Assembly: GCA_011364925.1 (NCBI GenBank)
Contig: RDOA01000071.1
Span: 1-12,280, forward strand
Direction: 5' to 3'
Source of the DNA: Promethearchaeota archaeon
Lineage (GTDB): Archaea; Asgardarchaeota; Lokiarchaeia; Sigyniarchaeales; SOKP01
DNA length: 12,280 bases
The position numbers and the translations under genes are program-made. The first letter of the stretch is position 1; every line of letters begins with the position of its first letter. A model generated the notes under the pieces. That model did not search any database, had not been told where the DNA came from, and saw nothing but the letters and a program-made list of their open reading frames with translations. Below, piece after piece: positions 1-6,871 of this stretch.

Positions 1-2
1 AT

Positions 3-1379
3 TCATTTCTTCTTATTTGCATTTACAATTTATTAATACAGTTTGGATTTGATTTCTATTTTATTCTATTGATTTTAAGCCTAGTCACTCATTTCTTAGC
101 ACTACTTGATAAATTTACATTAAAATTTCTAAAAAGCGCATCGAATTTCTTCATAAGCTTTTCTTGGATAATACTAATTGGGTTTTCAATATTATTCTAT
201 ATTAATTGGATTATTATGTTCTATATCCAGCTAATACCAATTGTTATCCTTCTCCTGATAATTCAATTCGTTTACTTGTTTAGATTATTGAAGGATTGGA
301 AATTTGTTAAATCAAATATGCCAAAAATAAGAAGCCTACTTGTAAAATTAGTATATCTTGATTTCATTTCATGGCCATTGTATTATTTGAGTATCGAAAT
401 TTTCATAACTTTAAATTTAGTTCTTTTATCTTTAGTTATTTTACTTGTATTAACATTCTTAGATAAATACATTAAAGCCGTATCAGAGAAGATTAGAAAG
501 TCTTTAAGAGTTATTAGCTACATTTTAGTTGAAGTTTTGCTCTCTTGCGATGTGTTCTTTGCGTTAGAGTTATTTGTAAAGCCGAATTTAATCCTCAATC
601 TGAGCGTTTCGATGTTTTTCTTTATGTTTGTAAATATCGTATTATTTAAACCGTTTAAACGTAAGAAAATAAGTTCCTTCCTCTATACTGCAGCAATGTT
701 CCTGCTATTAAGCATAATCACCTTCAATTTAACTTTATCCGGTTGGAGTTTCTCGTGGATTTTTATTGGGAGTATTTTATACCTATTTATTTTTATGTTG
801 GAAGAATTAAAGGCGTTCTTTAATAACATCTTGGATAATTTAAGGTTATTGTACATAAACCTAAAGAATGCACTGCTCGGAGCATATTATTCGCTTATTA
901 GCTTCTTAAAAAGAAATCTAAAAGTTATAGAGATTATTCTCTGCATGTTTGCGGGTGTAATCGTAGGATTATTGTTTTCAGATAAAGTTTTAGGTCTATT
1001 AAGATGGGATCATTCGTCACTCTTAGGAGCAGCGGCTACTGGAATTTTGATTTCCTTGCTCCCAACTAAGAAAACTGATGATATAGACATTACTTTTAGG
1101 AATAGAATGCAACGCTTTATAACTCTTTGGGTCAGTTTCACGGTTTTTGTCTTTGCTCTTATATTACCATCAATTACTTCAATTATTTTCGGTATAATTC
1201 TGATACTTTCATCCATAATTATATTGGGAGCAATAGTGGCAATTTACATATACAGGATTGAAAAAAAGCAGAAGATATCTATAAAATGGAGGTTTTATAC
1301 ATTAATTATTCTGTTCGTTCTTGTGGGTATATGGGTCGTGTTATTAGTTGTATTTTACTTTTATGAGGTTGCAGCCTAA
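3..1379 (+). CDS. C-terminal part of a large polytopic membrane protein (5'-truncated by the window edge)
   Basis: The frame of ORF 69..1379 is open back to position 3, so the TTG at 69 is probably not the true start. It has many hydrophobic helices and stops at TAA 1377-1379. No family recognised. Confidence 0.8.
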   Translation, partial: SFLLICIYNLLIQFGFDFYFILLILSLVTHFLALLDKFTLKFLKSASNFFISFSWIILIGFSILFYINWIIMFYIQLIPIVILLLIIQFVYLFRLLKDWKFVKSNMPKIRSLLVKLVYLDFISWPLYYLSIEIFITLNLVLLSLVILLVLTFLDKYIKAVSEKIRKSLRVISYILVEVLLSCDVFFALELFVKPNLILNLSVSMFFFMFVNIVLFKPFKRKKISSFLYTAAMFLLLSIITFNLTLSGWSFSWIFIGSILYLFIFMLEELKAFFNNILDNLRLLYINLKNALLGAYYSLISFLKRNLKVIEIILCMFAGVIVGLLFSDKVLGLLRWDHSSLLGAAATGILISLLPTKKTDDIDITFRNRMQRFITLWVSFTVFVFALILPSITSIIFGIILILSSIIILGAIVAIYIYRIEKKQKISIKWRFYTLIILFVLVGIWVVLLVVFYFYEVAA

Positions 1380-1385
1380 AAAATT

Positions 1386-1547
1386 TCAGGTTAAATTCTT
1401 CTTTCTCCATTCTTTTAGAAATTTTTCGTATTTACTTTTAGGAATTCCAATTGAATTCACGAAATCCTTTTCCAATTCTTCTTCTTTATCTGAATTGTTA
1501 TTACGAAAGGCTAATTCCCAGTCGAAATACGATTCTGATTTTGACAT
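1386..1547 (-). CDS. Small protein, 53 aa (MSKSESYFDWELAFRNNNSDKEEELEKDFVNSIGIPKSKYEKFLKEWRKKNLT); paralog of 1673..1843
   Basis: Manually translated, ATG at 1547 and TGA at 1386-1388. Shares S-[YF]-[FY]-DWE-xx-FR, NSIG and W-xx-KNL with the neighbouring small ORF. Confidence 0.8.
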   Translation of the reverse strand: MSKSESYFDWELAFRNNNSDKEEELEKDFVNSIGIPKSKYEKFLKEWRKKNLT

Positions 1548-1672
1548 GTTAATCTAATTAAGCAAAAAAAATTATAAAAAAGTCTTTTATATAGAATATA
1601 TACTAATATGTTCATTCAAAACTTAAGTTTAAGAATTAGAGTTTTATTAAAAATTTTGAACAAAAATATATC

Positions 1673-1843
1673 TTAAAGATTTTTGTTCTTCCACTTTTTT
1701 ACTTGTCTTCTAAAGTCAGCGTCTGTCATTCCAATTGAATTTAAGTTGCTTTTTTTCACTGATTTTATTTCTTCTTTCTCAATAAAATTGTGAGCTCTGA
1801 ACTGATGTTCCCAATCGTAAAAAGACACTACTTTTGATGACAT
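1673..1843 (-). CDS. Small protein, 56 aa (MSSKVVSFYDWEHQFRAHNFIEKEEIKSVKKSNLNSIGMTDADFRRQVKKWKNKNL); paralog of 1386..1547
   Basis: Manually translated, ATG at 1843 and TAA at 1673-1675. Motifs are conserved at the protein level with the adjacent small ORF. Confidence 0.8.
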   Translation of the reverse strand: MSSKVVSFYDWEHQFRAHNFIEKEEIKSVKKSNLNSIGMTDADFRRQVKKWKNKNL

Positions 1844-1972
1844 AATTACAACTTAACATTAAACAAAAATAAACAGAAACAGACTGGTAATTTTCTAAAT
1901 ACCTACTCATAAATTGGCATTAGAGAGTGTGAAATATCAAAAAAGGAGGATATTAAAATAATGAGGATATAA

Positions 1973-2926
1973 CTATTTAGCACTTTCAATGTTGATCTTT
2001 CGGCTAGTGATCTTGACTCCTGCATTTCTAATTTTATTTATAGTGTTATCCACAAGTTGTTCTGCTTCAGATGCTTTTTTCAAACCAGTTATCACCATTT
2101 TACCGGAAGAAAACAATATAATAGTAACATTTGGACTCCCGCTTTTCATGACTAATCCTGGAAATCTCTCGGCATTGAATTCGGCACCCTCAATATTCTG
2201 AGCGATATAATTTAGATCTAATTTCTTGTCGATTTCCATAGAAACCGTTATAATATGCTTTATATTTTTCCGACGCTGTAATACTTTTATTTTTTTATAA
2301 AATTCTTGTAAAGATACTTTTAATTCATTGTAGGAATCTGTTATTTTAGCATGCTCTTCTTCGGAAACCGAATCCATTTCATCTATATACAAAGCTTTGA
2401 AAACATAGGGATTAGATTTCAATTGAGATTCAAAATCAATGCAAAGAGATTTGATTACTTCTTCAATCGCTTTAGTTATTTTCTGATCCAACAATACACT
2501 TATCATCAACATTTCTTTATTTCCACGAGCCCACTCCGAGCGAAGTTCAAAATAATAATTAAAGGATGATACTGTGCTAGATTGGTACTGAAAAAACTTC
2601 TCTGTAAAGGATTGAGTCATAACATCTAAAAGGCTTTCTTTCTCAATATTATTAAGAGCATCCTCGGGATATGCGTAAAATAGATTCGGTCCAGATTTCC
2701 TTTTAAAAAAAGTGAGCGCTATACTAGTCTTTGTCACAATTTTAGCTTCAGGAATTAAAATGAGAGTGTAAGAAACTTCAGGATCAAGAAGCTCATCATC
2801 AACATAAGCTTTACTTATAGGAAACTTAGCCCCATTTTTGTGTACCCTTAATATTTGATTTCGCAAGCTTATACTTCCATATTTTTGTGCTTCTTGGATC
2901 AATTTCTTTCTATCCCTTTCTTCCAT
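1973..2926 (-). CDS. Multidomain protein: putative AbrB-like N-terminus, longin/uDENN-like middle domain, C-terminal single TATA-binding-protein (TBP) repeat
   Basis: The C-terminal ~95 aa (LDLNYIAQNIEGAEFNAERFPGLVMK...IILFSSGKMVITGLK) match one TBP repeat. The middle segment (IALTFFKRKSGPNLFYAYP) resembles the start of a uDENN/longin domain. The N-terminal domain call is tentative. Confidence 0.8.
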   Translation of the reverse strand: MEERDRKKLIQEAQKYGSISLRNQILRVHKNGAKFPISKAYVDDELLDPEVSYTLILIPEAKIVTKTSIALTFFKRKSGPNLFYAYPEDALNNIEKESLLDVMTQSFTEKFFQYQSSTVSSFNYYFELRSEWARGNKEMLMISVLLDQKITKAIEEVIKSLCIDFESQLKSNPYVFKALYIDEMDSVSEEEHAKITDSYNELKVSLQEFYKKIKVLQRRKNIKHIITVSMEIDKKLDLNYIAQNIEGAEFNAERFPGLVMKSGSPNVTIILFSSGKMVITGLKKASEAEQLVDNTINKIRNAGVKITSRKINIESAK

Positions 2927-2960
2927 AATTTCTATGATTCATCACCTGCAAAGCATAATA

Positions 2961-3032
2961 TGAAATATTCATTTATAAATATATTGAAATATTTATTGAA
3001 CATTTTAATGAACAATTTTTAGAAATATTTTA
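2961..3032. promoter_or_regulatory. Divergent promoter region: TATA-like TTTATAAA (2972-2979) within an in-phase array of degenerate 12-bp repeats
   Basis: Units tgaaatattcat (2961), tgaaatatttat (2985), tgaacattttaa (2997), tgaacaattttt (3009), agaaatatttta (3021). The array lies between divergent genes starting at 2926 (-) and 3073 (+). Confidence 0.4.
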
Positions 3033-3072
3033 AAGGATGAAAGAGAAAATTAAATTTGAATAGAAATTTTTA

Positions 3073-3627
3073 ATGTATATTATGGAACAAAATAACGAAG
3101 CTAAAGCTTTAAATGTTCGAGACTGGATGATTCTTAGCACTACAATGATAGGTGCGGTTCTAACAATCCTCGCTTTAATTTGGCAATCGCATCCTTCTAC
3201 AGGTATTGTGTCCGCAACTTTCTTGTTAATGCTTTCTTTTGTGTTTTTTGTTAATTCTGTATCGAGTAATTCTAGAGCTAATTTCGAAGCTAAGGCAGGA
3301 AAAATGTCGGAAAAAAAAATTAGAAGGTTCGTTACCTTTGCCGAGTATTCTTTTGGGTTTGGTTTCACTTTGGTCATTAACGGTTTTTCTATCCTCGGTT
3401 ATGAATATCTTTTAGAATTTATGGGACGACAGCTTTATGTATTAATTTTACCAATAGCGTTTTTACTTACAGCATGGATAATAATCGTAATCTACAATTC
3501 AATTAGCTATTCTGGAAAATTTCTAAAAGGACTAAGAAGTACAAAGCGGAATCTTTGGACACTCTTAGAAATAATTTGTTTAGTATTTATAGCACTTGAT
3601 TTTTTTGGAATTATTTTAATTCCTTAA
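3073..3627 (+). CDS. Hypothetical membrane protein (about 5 TM helices)
   Basis: 184-aa ORF with alternating hydrophobic helices and basic loops. It ends 16 nt before the GyrI-like gene. The start may be the ATG at 3082. Confidence 0.8.
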   Translation: MYIMEQNNEAKALNVRDWMILSTTMIGAVLTILALIWQSHPSTGIVSATFLLMLSFVFFVNSVSSNSRANFEAKAGKMSEKKIRRFVTFAEYSFGFGFTLVINGFSILGYEYLLEFMGRQLYVLILPIAFLLTAWIIIVIYNSISYSGKFLKGLRSTKRNLWTLLEIICLVFIALDFFGIILIP

Positions 3628-3643
3628 ATGTAATTACAATGAA

Positions 3644-4276
3644 ATGATGAATATGCCAGCGAAAGTAGATTTCAAGAAAAACATGAAAGAATGTTATCAG
3701 TCGAGTTCTAAGGAAGTTGTATTAGTTGATGTGCCCGAAATGCAATTCTTAATGATTGATGGAATGGGATCTCCAGGAGATTCAAAAGAATATCAAGATG
3801 CTCTTGCTACTCTATATCCAATTGCCTTTAAAATCAAATTTTTAAGCAAGGCAAAAGGAAAGGATTACGTAGTTCCTCCTTTAGAAGGATTGTGGTGGGC
3901 AGATAATATGGACGATTTTGTTGAGGGAAACCGAGACAAGTGGAAATGGACGATGATGATAATGACTCCAGATTGGATAGATGTTGAGACATTTAAAAAA
4001 GCAATAGAAGAAACAAAAATTAAGAAACCCGAACTTTCAGATTTACTGCTAAAACTTAGATTTGAAAAATATAAAGAAGGGAAAGCAGCTCAAATTATGC
4101 ACATTGGTCCATATTCAGAAGAGGGTCCCACAATCCAGAAAGTCCACGATATTATCAAGAAAGAAGGAGGTAAATTCGATGGCCATAAAAATAAACACCA
4201 TGAAATTTATCTTAGTGACCCGAGGAAAGTTAATCCAGTAACTATGAAAACTATTATACGACAACCCTTTATTTAA
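3644..4276 (+). CDS. GyrI-like small-molecule-binding domain protein
   Basis: Family motifs VDVPEMQFLMIDGMGSP, YVVPPLEGLWW, W-x-WTMMI-x-x-P, QIMHIGPYSEE, HHEIYLSDPRK and KTIIRQP. Confidence 0.9.
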   Translation: MMNMPAKVDFKKNMKECYQSSSKEVVLVDVPEMQFLMIDGMGSPGDSKEYQDALATLYPIAFKIKFLSKAKGKDYVVPPLEGLWWADNMDDFVEGNRDKWKWTMMIMTPDWIDVETFKKAIEETKIKKPELSDLLLKLRFEKYKEGKAAQIMHIGPYSEEGPTIQKVHDIIKKEGGKFDGHKNKHHEIYLSDPRKVNPVTMKTIIRQPFI

Positions 4277-4289
4277 CATTTCTCATGAA

Positions 4290-4309
4290 TTTTTTTTTAT
4301 TTTTTTTTT
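4290..4309 (+). terminator. Oligo-T archaeal-type terminator
   Basis: Long T runs just downstream of the GyrI-like stop codon. Confidence 0.5.
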
Positions 4310-4397
4310 ATCTTGAAGCATATTAGTATTTAATTCTCCCTATTTCCTTGCACGCTTAGTTTCAATACCCTTAAATATCCTTTTTCTTATTGGGTGA

Positions 4398-4715
4398 ATG
4401 GACATGAAAAAAGAAATCCTAACTATTAAGGGAATTAACACAGATCAAGTAATTGAGGATTTTTGTAATTATTTTGGCTCATATGCTAAAAAAGTGTTTT
4501 CTAATGAGAGTGTTCGCGTAATTGTGGTAGAAATGTTCTTTTTTAGAATTAAGAATGATGTAGCTGCTACTGTTATTTTTGAATTGAGAGGTCAAGACAT
4601 CATGGATGTTCATATTATTGTAGCTGGGGGTAGTGATATGATGGGTTTCACATTCGGGGTATATAAATCTATGATCAAAAAGATACATAAATTTTTTGAA
4701 AGGTTTGGAGTTTAA
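4398..4715 (+). CDS. Hypothetical protein, DUF6054-like
   Basis: 105-aa ORF. The pattern E-x-FFFR...ATVIF...VHIIVAGG...FG resembles DUF6054 as I recall it; not verified by search. Confidence 0.6.
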   Translation: MDMKKEILTIKGINTDQVIEDFCNYFGSYAKKVFSNESVRVIVVEMFFFRIKNDVAATVIFELRGQDIMDVHIIVAGGSDMMGFTFGVYKSMIKKIHKFFERFGV

Positions 4716-5019
4716 AAAAAATCTAAAATTTAGTGACTAAATGTGAAATAGCCACGATGTGAAAATTGCGAACAGAAAGTTCACCCTTCAAAATCAGTTA
4801 AGCAATGTTGTGATTTAAATTTACAGATTATCTTTTTATCCTTAAATGAATTACAGGATTTATCATTCTATTATAATTCTAATTATAATATAATACATGT
4901 TGCAATTTTGTAATGGTAATAATAGAATTAGAAAATCAGGATTGAGTTAAATGTAATGTAATATATCTTTAAATGAGAATAATAATCAAACTCATAAATC
5001 TTACATAGAGGGATTGTTT

Positions 5020-5463
5020 ATGAACCGTACTACTCGCTATCAAGGGGCTGTTATTCTTAATGACCAAATATTACTAATCAAACAGCGCTATTATAAAGAT
5101 GGACGTGAATACTGGATGTTACCAGGCGGAGGACGAGAGGAAGGAGAAACCGAAGAAGAGTGTATCAAGAGGGAGATTAAGGAAGAGACTAATCTCGATG
5201 TGCTCGTTGAGAAATTACTGCTAGATCTACCAGGGAAAAAAGATAATTTTTATCCGTTCTATAAAACTTATTTATGTAAACCGTTAAATGATAACGCACA
5301 ACCAGGATCAGAACCAGAATTGGAATCTGGGTTGGATCTCGAGATAGTAGAGGTGGGGTGGTATGATCTACATAGTGAGGCTAATTGGCCTACTGATCGT
5401 ATTTTTAAGCGTTTTTTTTATCCTACTTTGAAAAAAGTTCAAAAGATATTAGGTTATAGATAA
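5020..5463 (+). CDS. Nudix hydrolase
   Basis: Nudix box in W-x-LPGGGREEGETEEECIKREIKEETNL. The ATG at 5020 is preferred over the TTG at 5014. Confidence 0.92.
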   Translation: MNRTTRYQGAVILNDQILLIKQRYYKDGREYWMLPGGGREEGETEEECIKREIKEETNLDVLVEKLLLDLPGKKDNFYPFYKTYLCKPLNDNAQPGSEPELESGLDLEIVEVGWYDLHSEANWPTDRIFKRFFYPTLKKVQKILGYR

Positions 5464-5505
5464 ATCCTAAAATAATTCAAAGATTGTATATTAATCGATT
5501 AAATT

Positions 5506-5517
5506 TTAAAGGAAAAA
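5506..5517 (-). terminator. U-rich tract after the candidate ncRNA
   Basis: The minus strand reads CCC-TTTTTCCTTT immediately after the 3' strand of the closing helix. Confidence 0.45.
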
Positions 5518-5520
5518 GGG

Positions 5521-6249
5521 ATCGAAGAAGTTGCAATGAATTCCTAAAGGCTAATGCGTGGTATTTTGGCAATGTAATAGAAGATTGTTCAACAAGTTCG
5601 AAAACTTATAGTCCAATCTGTATCCGAAGATACATCAGGCTCCCATAGAAGCTTGATTTACCAATTTCCACGCAATTAAGCGTATCAATTGATAATACTA
5701 CATTGTTTGCGATACCTCTTCCAATGACCATACTCTCAGGCGTAATCGGATGGAAAAGGCAATGAAATCCCCGAAGGAATTAATTGCGAGATATTGCGAA
5801 TCCTTACGAAGTAAGGAAAGTCTTCACTTAATGCGTTCAAACAATTGGTTTTGAAACCTTTTGTAAGAACCACTCCGGAGATTTAATCGAAATTGCTAGC
5901 ACAGTTCGATTTACCGAATTCTACCCGTTAGGATATTATCCAGTAGCATCTCATGAAGGGTGCGATATCTTTTCCGATGATCACGCATTTAAGCATGATT
6001 AGAGAAGATGCTGATACCCGAAGGTTCATTGCTAGTATTTCATTCCATATTTCTATAAAATGTCTCAATGAGCAACTTATTTTTAATCATTCGTCCGAGA
6101 ACCAATGATATGAATTTATATCCGAGGATATAATCTCTCCGTTAAGGAAAGAAAGTTTTACCTGTTTGTTATACCAGAGGTATTCCAATGGGCTATATCA
6201 TTGAGAGTAAATACCACTTCTCGATATTCACACCGTAAGGTATGAACAT
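5521..6249 (-). ncRNA. Candidate large structured non-coding RNA (about 705-730 nt), family unrecognised
   Basis: No ORF in the six-frame track. Minus-strand UUCG tetraloops cap stems at 5592-5609, 5619-5634, 5766-5781 and 6016-6025. Further hairpins lie at 5801-5817, 5922-5935, 5980-5999, 6116-6133, 6134-6152 and 6224-6249. The ends pair (6216-6225 with 5521-5531), and there are several long-range 7-9 bp helices. Confidence 0.75.
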
Positions 6250-6251
6250 TA

Positions 6252-6277
6252 TATATTTACATCGGATAGTATTTAAA
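6252..6277 (-). promoter_or_regulatory. Candidate TATA box(es) for the ncRNA
   Basis: Minus-strand TTTAAATA (6277-6270) predicts a start near 6248, the base of the first hairpin. The alternative TAAATATA (6259-6252) predicts a start near 6229, close to the closing helix. Confidence 0.45.
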
Positions 6278-6391
6278 TGGGACTATTAAGGGATTATTAT
6301 AAAATTTTGTCGCTAGGTTAAAATCAAAATTTTTTTAAGTCGGATTTACTCGTAACAAATCATAAATAGGTCAGTAATATATCTTTACCAT

Positions 6392-6871
6392 ATGACGCTC
6401 ACATTTTTTGATGGAATGTTCCTATTTATAGCAATTCTTTTGAATGTATTAATAAGCATCATTTTCATTGCGAGGTATCGTGGTCCAGAAGAGCTAGAAC
6501 ATAAAATTGGATATATTGTAATTGCGTGTGCGATTCCATTAGCTTTGATTCTAGTAAATTACATTTTAATTGGTGCAGAAATATGGATTATTATCTATGT
6601 TGTTATCATTATTGGTTTTTTGATCGTTGAAACAATTTTGGACTACATCCTCAAACTCGCCTTCCGAACAAACCTAAAAATCGTAGTGCCTTTTGTTATT
6701 TTCTATTATATCGCATTTTGGGGCTTGTTAGCCATCTCGTTTGTTATTAATTTGGTGTTTGGTTTCATCGTGTTTGGTGCATTTATGATAAGTATAGCGA
6801 TTACAATCTACACTCATAAAAAGGATAAGGACAGAATGACTTTAAAAAAAGAGGATCAAACTAGCGATTAA
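6392..6871 (+). CDS. Hypothetical membrane protein (about 5 TM helices)
   Basis: 159-aa hydrophobic ORF. TATA-like CATAAATA at 6361-6368 fits a leaderless transcript. Its stop codon directly abuts the polB2 stop codon. Confidence 0.8.
   Translation: MTLTFFDGMFLFIAILLNVLISIIFIARYRGPEELEHKIGYIVIACAIPLALILVNYILIGAEIWIIIYVVIIIGFLIVETILDYILKLAFRTNLKIVVPFVIFYYIAFWGLLAISFVINLVFGFIVFGAFMISIAITIYTHKKDKDRMTLKKEDQTSD

Noticed and set aside
1973-2263. Calling this gene the canonical tbp, or a frameshifted tbp
   Set aside because: It has only one repeat, fused to about 220 unrelated residues, and no second repeat is visible downstream of the stop codon.
1010-4688. ORFs 1010..1216, 1348..1557, 1989..2201, 2351..2569, 3030..3377 and 4479..4688
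   Set aside because: These are antisense shadows of better-supported genes; 1348..1557 is the shadow of the 53-aa microprotein.
5607-5614. TATAGTCC resembling the group I intron S element, and a nearby CUGAUG resembling a hammerhead core
   Set aside because: There is no correctly ordered R/P7 partner, and the hammerhead CUGANGA...GAAA core is incomplete.
5608-5641. Group II intron domain V-like 34-mer on the minus strand (GAGCCUGA-UGUAUC-UUCG-GAUACA-GA-UUGGACUA)
   Set aside because: The length and AGC triad fit, but the lower stem has mismatches and the loop is UUCG rather than GNRA. Both arms have better local partners (5639-5652 hairpin; 5582-5587/5614-5619). There is no GUGYG start, RT ORF or interrupted host gene. 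It is worth revisiting only with a homolog alignment.
5813-5823. AGGAAAGTC on the plus strand resembling RNase P RNA CR-I
   Set aside because: It is on the wrong strand relative to the UUCG and G-U bias, and I found no CR-V/P4 partner.
5521-6225. MITE or non-autonomous transposon interpretation of the terminal inverted match
   Set aside because: The inverted match is short and bulged, and no target-site duplication is visible. Strand-specific G-U and UUCG features point to RNA-level structure instead.
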